Shown: positions 1 to 9,990, counted from the stretch's first letter. The stretch: 64,000 nucleotides of DNA from Candidatus Sumerlaeia bacterium (GCA_033764015.1 JANRJK010000005.1:1-64000); one strand, 5' to 3'. The notes: generated from the letters alone by a model not told the origin. Made by a program: numbers and translations.

Positions 1-218
1 GCCCCCCGGAACGCTCCTCGCCGGGCCCTCACAGACACTCGCCGGAGCCAAGAAACGCCCCGGAAAACCACGGAACCGAAAAAACCGCCCCGGAATCGCA
101 AATCGGCGCCGCCAGCGCCGCCAGTTCGACAGGCTGCTAGCCGGACTCTTCGTCGTTGCGTGCGCCATTTATCTCTCGGCCGCTTCACACAATCCCTTCA
201 TCTACTTCAGGTTTTGAC

Positions 219-1430
219 ATGAAGCACACCCTCGCACACCTGATCCGCCTCGCGGGCCTGATGGTCTTTCTGCTCGTGCTAGCGCTCCCAATGGGGGACC
301 ACCTGTTCTCACTGGACAGGACCACGCCAATCAACGAAAAGCGAGAGTTGGCACCGAGGCCGACAAGGCCGCCTTCCTTGGAGTCACTCGACAAAACCTT
401 CAAATCCATTGATGCATATGTCAATGACCGGTTCGGCTTTCGTGACTGGGCGATCAAGAAGTACTATTTGTGGAAGATAATGTACCTCAAGGTTTCACCC
501 CAGAAGAGTGCTCCATCCGTAACTGATCAGGCCTCCGGCATCGGCTACCCTGAAGTGATCGTCGGCAAGGACGGGTTTCTGTTCTTCGGCAAAGACAAAG
601 AGCCCGAGAATTTCAGGGGCCTGCTTCAGCCATTCTCCGACACCGAGCTGGCTGCGTATCGGAAAGAGGTTGCGACCAGGGCAACATTTTTGAAGCAAAT
701 GGGCAATATCCCGTACATCTATGTCTTGATTCCGAACAAGTCAACGGCCTATCCAGACAAGATGCCAAGCACATATACGCGTCTGGACACACCTAGGCGC
801 TACGACCAAATTGTTTCGGCGCTCCAAGGGATCGACAATCTCTACCTAGTGGATCTCCGCCCCTTTTTGGAGCAGCGGCGGCGAGACGGAGTAGAACTGG
901 TGTACCACAAGACCGACACTCATTGGACCTTCGAGAGCGCCTTCATGGGGTTCAGGGAGATAGCGAAAGTCATCAACGCCCGATTCCCAGAATTCGAAGT
1001 TCCTTCGCAGGAGAACTACGAATCGCGCGAGATCAAGTGGGCGACCGACTTGGCGGTGTACATCGGTCTCCAGACGTGGGAATTGGATCGAGACTCGCCG
1101 CTCTTTGAGCCGGTCTTTGAATTGACCCCTAAGGCAGGCTTGCTTTCCCGACAAGTCCACCCGGTGGAATGGCCAGCCCGCGACAAGTATGCAATCAGTT
1201 TCGGATCGTTCCGCTCTCCGAGATCCAAGGCACCCTCCGTCCTGATGTTCAGCGATTCCTTCGGGATTCACTTGTGGCCCCTCTTCAGGGAGGCAAGCAG
1301 CGCATTCGAATACTATCGCACCACGGAGTTCTTGGCAACGCCGATCAAGTCATTCCAGCCTAACGTCGTGGTCCAGCTCACCGTGGAACGGTTTGCGATT
1401 GTCGGGGTTCCCGCGCCCATGGTCGAGTGA
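219..1430 (+). CDS. AlgX/AlgJ-like SGNH polysaccharide O-acetyltransferase family protein
   Basis: N-terminal TM; NEKRELAP, DRFGFR, GKDGFLF, IPNK, KTDTHW (DxHW) and SDSF motifs typical of AlgJ/AlgX/DHHW proteins; ATG at 219 preferred to TTG 156; visibly lower GC than neighbours. Confidence 0.75.
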   Translation: MKHTLAHLIRLAGLMVFLLVLALPMGDHLFSLDRTTPINEKRELAPRPTRPPSLESLDKTFKSIDAYVNDRFGFRDWAIKKYYLWKIMYLKVSPQKSAPSVTDQASGIGYPEVIVGKDGFLFFGKDKEPENFRGLLQPFSDTELAAYRKEVATRATFLKQMGNIPYIYVLIPNKSTAYPDKMPSTYTRLDTPRRYDQIVSALQGIDNLYLVDLRPFLEQRRRDGVELVYHKTDTHWTFESAFMGFREIAKVINARFPEFEVPSQENYESREIKWATDLAVYIGLQTWELDRDSPLFEPVFELTPKAGLLSRQVHPVEWPARDKYAISFGSFRSPRSKAPSVLMFSDSFGIHLWPLFREASSAFEYYRTTEFLATPIKSFQPNVVVQLTVERFAIVGVPAPMVE

Positions 1431-2536
1431 GTCCCATCGATCCAGAGGGCATCGGATTGCGCGAAGAACCACCTCCCAACCACGATCTCCCCGCAACCGC
1501 CCGGGCCATTGGCTTCGACTGGGTTGGGGTGGCCCGGGCGGAGCCGTTGCGCGAGGAGCTCGAGAATCTGCGTAGCTGGTTGGCGGAGGGGCGACATGGG
1601 TCGATGGCGTGGTTGGCGCGCGAGCCGGAGCGGCGCGCCGATCCCGTGCGGGTGCTGGAGGATTGCCGATCCGTGGTGGTGGTGGGGGTGAACTATCTGC
1701 GCTCCGCCGACTGGCCGCACGGCGCGGAACCACCACTTGGCTTCGGGGTGGTGAGCAAGTACGCGAGGACGCGCGACTATCACCGGGTGCTTGAAGGCAT
1801 GGGGCGGCGGCTCGGGCGCGCGCTGTCGGACCGCATCGCACCCGGCTCGGAGCACCGGTTCCTCGTCGACTACGGGCCTGTGATGGAGCGCCCGTGGGCC
1901 GTGCGCGCGGGCCTCGGGTTTCAAGGCAAGCACACGCTGTTGATCCATCCCCGAGAGGGCAGCTTCCACTTCCTCGGCGTGCTTCTGACGACGGCGGAGC
2001 TGGAACCGACCGCGGCGGTCGAGGAGCCGATGCCCGACTGCGGGGCATGCCGGCGCTGCATCGACGCGTGCCCGACGGGCGCCATCACGGAACCGCACCG
2101 GCTCGACGCGCGGCGCTGCCTTTCGTATCTCACCATCGAACATGAGGGCGAAGTTCCGGAGGAGTTCTGGCCGCACTTCGAAGGCGCGGTCTTCGGCTGC
2201 GACATCTGCCAGGATGTATGCCCCTACAACCGGTCGCGCGCGCGTCCGGTGGCGGGAGAGTCGCCGTTGGGCGCTCCGGTCGTGGCGGGGCTGTGGAGCC
2301 TTTCCGACCTTCTCGCGATCCGCGGCGAGCAGTTGGCCGCTATCCCGGTGGCGACTCCGCTGCGGCGCGCCGGGGCTGACCGCCTCGCGCGCAACGCGGC
2401 GATCGTGGCCGGGGAGCGCGGCACGCGGGAGGACCTGGATGCCTTGCGCGGTCTAGCGGCGGACACCACCCGGCCGGCGTGGCTGCGGTCGGTGGCGGAT
2501 CGGTGCGCGCGCCGGCTCGAGGCGCGGCTCGCCTAA
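1427..2536 (+). CDS. queG: tRNA epoxyqueuosine(34) reductase QueG
   Basis: YARTRDYH, ERPWAVRAGLG, CGACRRCIDACPTGAI, CLSYLTIE, GCDICQDVCPYN motifs. Confidence 0.95.
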   Translation: MSPIDPEGIGLREEPPPNHDLPATARAIGFDWVGVARAEPLREELENLRSWLAEGRHGSMAWLAREPERRADPVRVLEDCRSVVVVGVNYLRSADWPHGAEPPLGFGVVSKYARTRDYHRVLEGMGRRLGRALSDRIAPGSEHRFLVDYGPVMERPWAVRAGLGFQGKHTLLIHPREGSFHFLGVLLTTAELEPTAAVEEPMPDCGACRRCIDACPTGAITEPHRLDARRCLSYLTIEHEGEVPEEFWPHFEGAVFGCDICQDVCPYNRSRARPVAGESPLGAPVVAGLWSLSDLLAIRGEQLAAIPVATPLRRAGADRLARNAAIVAGERGTREDLDALRGLAADTTRPAWLRSVADRCARRLEARLA

Positions 2537-3159
2537 CCGACGACTTCCACGTCGATCACGTAGAGCAGTTCGCAGGAACCCTCGCCGGAATCGTTGCGGT
2601 CGCGGCTGCTGCGCCAATTCCACCCGTCCTCCGCCTCGACGCTGACGAGGAAGCCCTTCAGGCGCACCGCGTCGCCGCGCCTCAGCCCGAGGACGGTGCG
2701 CTCCAGTTCCGGGTTGTTCGGTGGGAGGAGGATGTGCGTGTTCGCGGAGTTGGCCCGGATGTCGTCGCTGGAAACCGTCACGTCGGCGGTTTGCCATTGG
2801 TAGTAGTACCAGCGATTGCGCTGGGTGTATTCGATGCCTCGCAGGTTGCGCTCGCTGGTGAGCGGCCCCCACGCGAGGGCGAAGTCGACCGGCGCAAGGT
2901 CGGACTCGCGATCCCAGCCGTAGCTCGCGCGGCCGACGATGAGCGCCTCGACGAAGTACTCGTCCGTCGCGGTGATGCGGTAGCGGTCGGGCGCGGGCAG
3001 TTCGATCGTGTCCTCGACCGGGATCTGGATCGGGGGGCCGAAGGGGCCTGCTTCGGAGAGCGGGCGCTCGCGCAGGAGCGAGGCGCCCATGAGCGTGAAC
3101 GCGACGCCCGCGACGGCGAGCATCGCCTTCGGGCGTAGGACCGCTTCGAGCAGCGACAT
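2533..3159 (-). CDS. conserved hypothetical membrane-anchored protein
   Basis: 208 aa ORF with N-terminal hydrophobic segment, host-like codon usage, convergent 4-nt overlap with queG; DLAPVDFALAWG / SANTH / WRSS...SCE motifs. Confidence 0.7.
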   Translation of the reverse strand: MSLLEAVLRPKAMLAVAGVAFTLMGASLLRERPLSEAGPFGPPIQIPVEDTIELPAPDRYRITATDEYFVEALIVGRASYGWDRESDLAPVDFALAWGPLTSERNLRGIEYTQRNRWYYYQWQTADVTVSSDDIRANSANTHILLPPNNPELERTVLGLRRGDAVRLKGFLVSVEAEDGWNWRSSRDRNDSGEGSCELLYVIDVEVVG

Positions 3160-3253
3160 GGCGGGGGCGTGACTCCATGGCGGCGAAGGCTCTCCCCCGC
3201 CGCGGCGACACTCGCCTCTCGCGGCGGGGGGATCAACGGCAAGGGGAGTCGTG

Positions 3254-5029
3254 CTAGCGCAGGCGCGCCTTCACTTCGAAGCGGTGCGCGCCCTCCGGCG
3301 TGGACCACATGCCGACCGCGTCGCCGAGCTTGCCGCGGAGCGCCGACACCGGCGGAAGGGCCTGGAGGAGTTCGAGCGCCTCCGGATCAGTGACGGTCTG
3401 CTTGAACATGGCGAGATTCGTCTCGATGGCGAGGAGCCACGCCTCCTCCGTCGAGAAGCTGAAGTAGAACGCGGACTCGCGGTCGAGCAGTGGCAGCAGC
3501 CGCTGGAGTTCCGGTCGGTCCGCGATCGAGCGCGCGGGGGGCGTGGTCTCGCCCCGGAGCGCCTCCTGCATCATCGCGCCGTCGAACGTGACGAGGACCG
3601 CCTGCGGCGCGAGGGCGATGCGGGCGGGCAGGGGGTTGTCGGCGCCGGGCGCGCCCTTGAACTCGAAGACCGGAACCGATTGCTCTTCGGTGCGATCGAA
3701 GGGGATGCCGCCCTGCGGGTTGTCGATGAGCTGCGTGAGCGCGCGGTCGACGGAGCTGTTGAAGGCACTGCTGTTCCGGGTGGCGAGGCGCGCGCCGGTC
3801 TTGCGGAGCACCGTGAAGGATCCCTCCACGGGGTTCGCGAGGATCTCTTCGCGTTCCGACGGGTCGAGGGGGAGCGTGTACGAGAAGTGCTCGCCGGAGA
3901 GGTTTGCGATCACCTCGTTCTCGATATCGACGCCGAGCGACTGCTTCTGGCCGTCGAGGACCAGGTTCATGATGCCGAGCGCCTGCGGCTGGGCGAGGAG
4001 GAGGATCGCCCGGAGTTCCCGCATCAGCTCGGCGCCGTCCAGCATCCAGGTGGTGTAGGAGTTCGCCTCGTACGGGACGCGGGACATGGTGGACAGCGGG
4101 TTGCGTCCGAACTTGCGGAAGAGCCCGAGGAAGCCGTCGCCGGACCCGCCGTGGAGTGTTGTCGCGAAGTCGCTGCCGTCGGGCCGCATGCGGAAGGAGA
4201 CGAAGATGGGAAGGCGGTCGGGCAGGCCGAGGGCCGCGCGCACCTTGCGCATGTTCTCCTCCCCGCCGGGCGTCTCGCGCACGGAGTCCTCGAAGCCGGG
4301 GACCGGATCGCCCACGAAGTTGATGTCGCCTGTTTCGCCGCCGTGCAGTTCCAGCAGGGCGCGGTACTCCGGCGTGGCGAAATAGGAGGGGGAGTCGTCG
4401 CCGCCGGAGAGCCGCGCGAGCGGCTCGCGGAGCGCGCTGGCGTCGCCCTCCGCGGCGCCGAATGCGAGCAGCGCGGGACCGCGCATGATCTCGGCGTTCC
4501 GCGCACGCTGGATGAAAGCGCCCGGCGTTGCGGGGTCCGGCTCGTCCTCGTAGTACTTGAACGACATCACCTCGAAGGGTCCGACGGTATAGGTGCTGCG
4601 CTGGGCGTCGGCGGGCATTTCGGCGACGGCGCGCTCGACCATGCGCTCGATGGTGGCGGCTGACTCCGGCACCAGTTCGATCAGGGTGGCGCCGGTGGCT
4701 GGCGCGCCGTCGGCGCCGGTCGTGAGGAAGAACACGACGTCGCCGCCGGCCGCGCTGACGATCTCGTCCAGCGGGACGCCGAGCTCCTCCTCCGCCTCTC
4801 GGCGGGCTTCGGCGGTCTTCTCCGAAAGGACCCGGCGGAAGTCGGCCATCTCGTCCATGCGGTACACCTTGCCGATCGCGCTGGCGTCGAACCGCTCGCC
4901 GAGGCTTGGCACATCCTCGACCCAGCCGACCATGAAGGCGTTGGGCGGAACGGCGTCGAGCAACCCTTCGGCTTGTGTGGCTGCGGCGAGGGCGAGCGCG
5001 GCGGCGAAGGTCGCGGCGGTGCGGAGCAT
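3254..5029 (-). CDS. hypothetical exported protein (~590 aa)
   Basis: Start MLRTAATFAAALALAAATQA is a signal peptide; the upstream part of the track ORF overlaps the tRNA and was discarded. Confidence 0.7.
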   Translation of the reverse strand: MLRTAATFAAALALAAATQAEGLLDAVPPNAFMVGWVEDVPSLGERFDASAIGKVYRMDEMADFRRVLSEKTAEARREAEEELGVPLDEIVSAAGGDVVFFLTTGADGAPATGATLIELVPESAATIERMVERAVAEMPADAQRSTYTVGPFEVMSFKYYEDEPDPATPGAFIQRARNAEIMRGPALLAFGAAEGDASALREPLARLSGGDDSPSYFATPEYRALLELHGGETGDINFVGDPVPGFEDSVRETPGGEENMRKVRAALGLPDRLPIFVSFRMRPDGSDFATTLHGGSGDGFLGLFRKFGRNPLSTMSRVPYEANSYTTWMLDGAELMRELRAILLLAQPQALGIMNLVLDGQKQSLGVDIENEVIANLSGEHFSYTLPLDPSEREEILANPVEGSFTVLRKTGARLATRNSSAFNSSVDRALTQLIDNPQGGIPFDRTEEQSVPVFEFKGAPGADNPLPARIALAPQAVLVTFDGAMMQEALRGETTPPARSIADRPELQRLLPLLDRESAFYFSFSTEEAWLLAIETNLAMFKQTVTDPEALELLQALPPVSALRGKLGDAVGMWSTPEGAHRFEVKARLR

Positions 5030-5066
5030 GGAGGAGTTTCCGGTCGGGGGATGGGTGCGGAAGAAG

Positions 5067-5151
5067 TGGTGCGGACGGGGAGACTCGAACTCCCACACCT
5101 TGCGGCGCCAGATCCTAAGTCTGGTGCGTCTGCCAATTCCGCCACGCCCGC
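5067..5151 (-). tRNA. tRNA-Leu(TAG)
   Basis: Reverse complement GCGGGCGTGGCGGAATTGGCAGACGCACCAGAC-TTAGGA-TCTGGCGCCGCAAGGTGTGGGAGTTCGAGTCTCCCCGTCCGCACCA; anticodon TAG, long variable arm, encoded CCA. Confidence 0.97.
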
Positions 5152-5277
5152 ACGGAGGGAAGTGTTCCGCCGGAAACCGCTTGCATTCAACGGGAAACAT
5201 GGCCGCCCTTGCTGTAGTGGCAACGCCACTCGGAGCGCTCCGCCACGGGGCGCGACCACTGAACCGCAAGGATTTCG

Positions 5278-6141
5278 ATGCTCACGCGACCCAAAGACAA
5301 GAAGACGGTGGTGTTCCTCTGCACCGGAGACACCTGCCGGGGCCCGATGGCGAAGGGCTACCTGCAGAGCAAGCTCGCCGAAGCCGGCATCACCTACATC
5401 GAGGTGAAGTCCGCCGGGGTGATGACGGTGCCGGGACTGGTCCCGACGCCGGAGGCGCGGCAGGTCCTCGAGAAAGAGGAGATCGACATCACGCGGCACC
5501 GCAGCTCGCCGCTCACGCCGGAGCTGGTGCGGCGCGCCGACCTGATCCTCGGCATGACGCCCTTCCATGTGCAGCAGGCGGTCCGCGTCAGCGAAGAGGC
5601 CCGCGAGAAGACCCACCTCCTCAAGGAGTTCACCAAGTCGGATGTGAAGAACTACCAGGTGAACGACCCCATGGGGATGACGCTCGAGGTGTACAAGCGC
5701 GTATACCGCGAAGTGCGCCTGTCGATCGACAACCTGATGAAGCTGGAGTTCATCACGGTGGCGCCCCCCGGGGTCGCGTTGCGGCTGAAGGCCCGGCAGG
5801 AAGCCGCCGCGCGCGACAAGGAGCGCGAGCGGGCGCGCCAGGAAGCGGCGGATGCGGAAGCCGCCGCCGCGGCGGAGGCCGCCAAGGCCGCGAAGAAGGC
5901 CGCGAAGGCGCAGGCCGCCCCCGCGGAGGCCAAGGGCGCGAAGCCCGAGAAGGCCCCCGCGAAGAAGGCCGCCCCGAAGCCCGCCGCGAAGAAGGCCGCA
6001 CCCGCGAAGAAGGCCGCCCCCAAGAAGCCCGAACCGAAGAAGGCGGAGGCGAAGCCCGCCGCGAAGAAGCCGGCAGCCAAGCCCGCGCCCAAGAAGGCCG
6101 AAGCGAAGCCCGCCGCGAAGAAGCCGGCAGCCAAGAAGTAG
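5278..6141 (+). CDS. low-molecular-weight protein Tyr/Arg phosphatase domain fused to a Lys/Ala/Pro-rich histone H1-like tail
   Basis: VFLCTGDTCRG P-loop (CX5R), SAG, ADLILGM, DP acid-loop motif; C-terminal ~90 aa of PAKKAA-type repeats. Confidence 0.85.
   Translation: MLTRPKDKKTVVFLCTGDTCRGPMAKGYLQSKLAEAGITYIEVKSAGVMTVPGLVPTPEARQVLEKEEIDITRHRSSPLTPELVRRADLILGMTPFHVQQAVRVSEEAREKTHLLKEFTKSDVKNYQVNDPMGMTLEVYKRVYREVRLSIDNLMKLEFITVAPPGVALRLKARQEAAARDKERERARQEAADAEAAAAAEAAKAAKKAAKAQAAPAEAKGAKPEKAPAKKAAPKPAAKKAAPAKKAAPKKPEPKKAEAKPAAKKPAAKPAPKKAEAKPAAKKPAAKK
5940..6138 (+). repeat. low-complexity KPAAKK/PAKKAAP coding repeats
   Basis: e.g. gaagcccgccgcgaagaagccggcagccaag occurs at ~6051 and ~6106. 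Confidence 0.85.
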
Positions 6142-6149
6142 CTCTTCCG

Positions 6150-7511
6150 CTACTCCCGCAGATCCACAACCACGCCGCCCGGGGGCAGGTCCTCCGGGCG
6201 GATTTCTCTGCCCAACACCGGAGTGATCGAACCATAGCGGCGACTCGCGATCCACGCGACGCCGCGCTGCCAGCCCAGGGTGGCCAAGTCGCGCTCACTG
6301 GCGACCAGGACCCACAGCCGCGCCGCGTCCTTCGGCGCGGCATCGAGGAGTGGGCGCTTCTCCGCCGCCCATGCGGCCCGCGCCAGCGGAGCGGGCAACG
6401 GCGCGCGCGCCGACAGCATCGAGAGGACCACGCAAACCGCGGTCGCGCAGGCGAATCCCTGTCGGACCGGCGCCAGCAGCGGGAACAGGAGCGCGAGCCC
6501 CATGAGCGGGTAGTAGGAGGATGGCGGCTTGCGCAGGAGCACGTAGGGCATCCACAGCACCGCCGCGCCCGCCGCGAGCACCATCGCGCGGCGCCGCTTC
6601 TCCGGATCATCCGCGTGTGCTCGCAGGGTCCACCCCGCTAGCAGGACCAGCCCCAAGGAAAGCGCGACCGATCCGAACCGTGTCCCGGGCGGAGTTCCAG
6701 CATGCCACAGGAAGGGTGACACACCCAACGCATGGCCGGTCATCGCGGCGGCATTCCGCAGCAGTGCGAACGCGCCACCCGCCGCGTACTGCGCGTCGTC
6801 GCGCGGAAAGGTGATCGCGTGTCGCGATGCGAGGTGGAGCAGGGCGAGCGTGGCCGCCAGCGCCGCGGGCGCCAGGTCGGCGCGCACGAGGCGCGGACGT
6901 GTCGCCAGGAGGCACGCCCCGAGCAGGATTGGCGCGAAGAGCACGCTTTCCTTGCAGAGGAGTCCCGCTCCGAACACGCATGCCGAGAGGGAGAGCAGCC
7001 ATCGGCGCCGAGGGCCCTCCGCCTCGGAGCCGGCGAGCGCGAGAAGGGTCGCACCGAACGCGGCGGCGAGGGCGAGCGACTCCTGCGTGGCGCTCGGCCA
7101 AGCGAGCGGCAGCAACCCGCAGGGATGCGCGGCGAACAAGGCGGCGGCCCCGGCGGCGGTGGAACGGCTCCCGTCCGCGAGCCGCGCGGCAAGGAGCCCC
7201 GCTAGCGCTGCGGCTCCGGTCCACAGGGACGCGGCGATCGCGCCCGCGGCCACTGGGCTGGCGCCGAGCGGCCCCTCGATGAACCGCCAAAGCAGACGTC
7301 CTGCGACGGGTCGCCAAACCTCGCCGTGGGGGAGCCAGAGCGTCGCGCCGAGCCACGGCTCGGATGCGAGGCGCGCTTCACTGGCGTGGTAGAGCAGCAG
7401 GAAGTCGTCCTGCCAGAAGTTGCCGAAGAGCCCCGGGGTGAGAAGCAGGAGGGCGATGGTCGCGGCGGCCGCGCCGACGATCGCGGCCCACCCCGCGGCG
7501 AACCGTGTCAC
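6150..7511 (-). CDS. polytopic membrane protein, possible GT-C/PMT-like glycosyltransferase
   Basis: GTG start overlapping the rmuC stop (GTGA); FWQDDF, WRPV, LFAAHP and LLCKES motifs plus many TM helices. Confidence 0.55.
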   Translation of the reverse strand: MTRFAAGWAAIVGAAAATIALLLLTPGLFGNFWQDDFLLLYHASEARLASEPWLGATLWLPHGEVWRPVAGRLLWRFIEGPLGASPVAAGAIAASLWTGAAALAGLLAARLADGSRSTAAGAAALFAAHPCGLLPLAWPSATQESLALAAAFGATLLALAGSEAEGPRRRWLLSLSACVFGAGLLCKESVLFAPILLGACLLATRPRLVRADLAPAALAATLALLHLASRHAITFPRDDAQYAAGGAFALLRNAAAMTGHALGVSPFLWHAGTPPGTRFGSVALSLGLVLLAGWTLRAHADDPEKRRRAMVLAAGAAVLWMPYVLLRKPPSSYYPLMGLALLFPLLAPVRQGFACATAVCVVLSMLSARAPLPAPLARAAWAAEKRPLLDAAPKDAARLWVLVASERDLATLGWQRGVAWIASRRYGSITPVLGREIRPEDLPPGGVVVDLRE

Positions 7512-9268
7512 TCGTCGTCGCCCCCGGCGTCGTCGAGCGCGCCGAGCAGCGCCGCGCCCTCCGCATCCGGGAGCTGCTCCACCTCGCGGAGCTTGCGGCT
7601 CATCGCGCGCGTGCGGGTCTGCACCGCCGTGATCTTGTTCGTCGCGGTTTGCAGCGTCTTGCCGACACTGTCGAGTGCTTCGCCGAACTTGCCGAACTCG
7701 GTCTTCACGGCGCCGAGGATCTGCCACACCTCGCTGCTGCGCTTCTCGATCGCGAGGGTGCGGAAGCCCATCTGGAGGCTGTTGAGGATGGCGAACAGCG
7801 TCGTCGGCCCGGCGATGACGATGCGCAGGCGCTGGAGCTCGTCGACGAGGCCCGGCGAGCGGAGCGCCTCCGCGTAGAGCCCTTCCGTCGGCAGGAAGAG
7901 GATCGCGAAGTCCGTGGTGTCCGGCGGCGAGATGTACTTGTCCCTGATCGTGCGCGCCTCGCCTGCGAGGCGGTCCGCGAGGCCCTTGCGGGCGGCGGCG
8001 GCGGCGTCCGCGTCGGCCCGCTCCAGCGCCTCCAGCAGCCTCTGGTAGTCCTCCTGCGGGAACTTCGCGTCGATCGGCAGATAGACCACCGAGTCGTCCC
8101 GGTCCCGTCCGGGGAGGCGGACCGCGAACTCGACTCGCTCGCGGCTGCCGGGCACCGTCGCGACGTTGCGTTCGTACTGGGCCGGCGCGAGCACCTGCTC
8201 GAGCAGCGCTTCGAGCTGCACTTCGCCGAAGGTGCCGCGGGAGCGCACGTTGACGAGCACGCGTTTGAGGTCGCCGACGCCTTGCGCGAGGGTCTGCATC
8301 TCGCCGAGCCCCTTGTGGACCTGTTCGAGGCGCTCGCTCACCATCTTGAACGACTCGCCGAGGCGGGCCTCAAGCGTCGACTGCAACTTCTCCGCAACCG
8401 TCTCGCGGATCGTCTCGAGCTTCTTCTCGTTGCCGGTCCGCATCTCTTCCAGGCGGGCGGCGACGCGGTCCTGCAGCGCGGTGATGGCGTTGGTCTGCGC
8501 CTCGCGGGCCTGCTCCTGTCCGGCTCGGAGCGCGGCGAGCGAATCGCTGGTCTCCTTGCGCGCGGCGGCGGAGGAGTCGGCGATCTCCTTGCGGAGCGCG
8601 TCGCCCAGCTTCGACGCGCCCTCCGCCTGGGCGGCCCCGAACTCCGCGAGGCGCGCGGCCATGGCGGCGTTCGCGGTCGCGTTCGCCTCGGAGAGCGCCT
8701 TCAGGGCCGCCTCCGCGCGGTCGAGCCGCTCGTCCTGCGAGCGGCGCGCGGATTGAAGCGCCTCGGCCAGCTCCTTGCGCGAAGCGGCGGTGGACTCCGC
8801 GACCGCCTTGTCGAGCACGGCTGCGAAGGCGGCGGCACCCTCCGCTTGCGTCTTCCCGAACTCGGCGAGCCGCGCCTGCATCGCCGCGCTGGCGGTAGCG
8901 TTCGCCTCCGCCAGCTTGCGCAGCTCCGCCTCCGAGCGGTCGAGCCGCTCGTCCTGCGAGCGGCGCGCCGCCTGCAGCGTCTCCGCCAGCTCGCGGCGCG
9001 CGGCGGCGTTCGCGTCCTCGATCTTCGCAGTGAGCTGAACGCCGAGGTCGCGTTGCGACTCGGCGAACTGGACGGTGCTCTCGCGGAGGCCGCGCTCCAG
9101 CGCGAGGCGCAGGCGCTCCGTTTCCTCGCCGAGCCGCCGTTCGAGCGCATCCAGGCGAGTGCGCAGTTCCGGGTCGGCGGCCGCGGGCGGGCGGCGCCAC
9201 GAGCCCACGGCCCCGAGCGCGGCGGCCAGAAACGCCAAGCCGGAAAGGATGAGGGGCAGGTAGTCCAT
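7508..9268 (-). CDS. rmuC: DNA recombination protein RmuC with duplicated coiled-coil segment
   Basis: RGTFGEVQLE, PIDAKFP, PPDTTDFAILFLPTEGLY, GPTTL, LQMGFRTLAIEKRSSEVW motifs; start MDYLPLIL at 9268. Confidence 0.93.
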   Translation of the reverse strand: MDYLPLILSGLAFLAAALGAVGSWRRPPAAADPELRTRLDALERRLGEETERLRLALERGLRESTVQFAESQRDLGVQLTAKIEDANAAARRELAETLQAARRSQDERLDRSEAELRKLAEANATASAAMQARLAEFGKTQAEGAAAFAAVLDKAVAESTAASRKELAEALQSARRSQDERLDRAEAALKALSEANATANAAMAARLAEFGAAQAEGASKLGDALRKEIADSSAAARKETSDSLAALRAGQEQAREAQTNAITALQDRVAARLEEMRTGNEKKLETIRETVAEKLQSTLEARLGESFKMVSERLEQVHKGLGEMQTLAQGVGDLKRVLVNVRSRGTFGEVQLEALLEQVLAPAQYERNVATVPGSRERVEFAVRLPGRDRDDSVVYLPIDAKFPQEDYQRLLEALERADADAAAAARKGLADRLAGEARTIRDKYISPPDTTDFAILFLPTEGLYAEALRSPGLVDELQRLRIVIAGPTTLFAILNSLQMGFRTLAIEKRSSEVWQILGAVKTEFGKFGEALDSVGKTLQTATNKITAVQTRTRAMSRKLREVEQLPDAEGAALLGALDDAGGDDE

Positions 9269-9370
9269 GGGCGCACCTCCGCGCGGGTTGGCCGGAGAAT
9301 CGCTGCCGCTCACGCAGGACGGCAACCGAGACTGGCGTGCGGCGCCGGTCGCGAATTCCCCACTCCACGG

Positions 9371-9871
9371 ATGCGCCAAATGGAAGCGGTCAGGACGAGA
9401 CACCGGGAGACAACCCGCCCTCCCCTCTCGTGGTTTGCGAAAGTGCTGACGGGATTAGTGTTGATCGCCTACGCCGCGTGGACCGTGTGGGCGGGGCCGG
9501 CGTCGCCGCGGCTGTTAGAGGCGCCGCTGTGGATTGGCCAGGCGCTCCTCTTGGCGGGGGCGCTGATCCACCTGCACCATTATGGATTGCTGAAAAGCTG
9601 GAACGACCGGCTCGATAAACCGTCAACGCTCCTGATGGACAAGGGGCTCTTCCGCAAGGTGCGCCACCCAATGTACTTCGGCGACGCGGTGGCGCTGCTG
9701 GGAGCGTTCGCGATGGCGGGCGACCTGCTGGCGGGCGCCATGGCGGTGTTCGGCATCGCGGCGCTGGCGGCGACTTGCATCCACGAGGACCGGGTGATGG
9801 AAGCGTTGTTCGGCGCGGAGCAGCGCACCTGGGCGGCGACGACCCGCCGCATGGTTCCCCACCTCTGGTAG
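9371..9871 (+). CDS. isoprenylcysteine carboxyl methyltransferase (ICMT/PEMT) family membrane protein
   Basis: GLFRKVRHPMYFG and HED...LFG motifs, 4-5 TM helices. Confidence 0.8.
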   Translation: MRQMEAVRTRHRETTRPPLSWFAKVLTGLVLIAYAAWTVWAGPASPRLLEAPLWIGQALLLAGALIHLHHYGLLKSWNDRLDKPSTLLMDKGLFRKVRHPMYFGDAVALLGAFAMAGDLLAGAMAVFGIAALAATCIHEDRVMEALFGAEQRTWAATTRRMVPHLW

Positions 9872-9990
9872 CGGCACGGGACCGCGGCGCTTGACCCCCC
9901 GGCGGGGCGCGCCCGTTTCTTGACGGGACCCGCGCGACGCCCATCGGCGCGGCGCTCTCCACCACGCCATCCACCGGAGACCCCCCGGCC

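Noticed and set aside
5940..6138. Short direct repeats resembling an array
   Set aside because: In-frame coding low-complexity repeats, no unique spacers, no cas genes; not CRISPR
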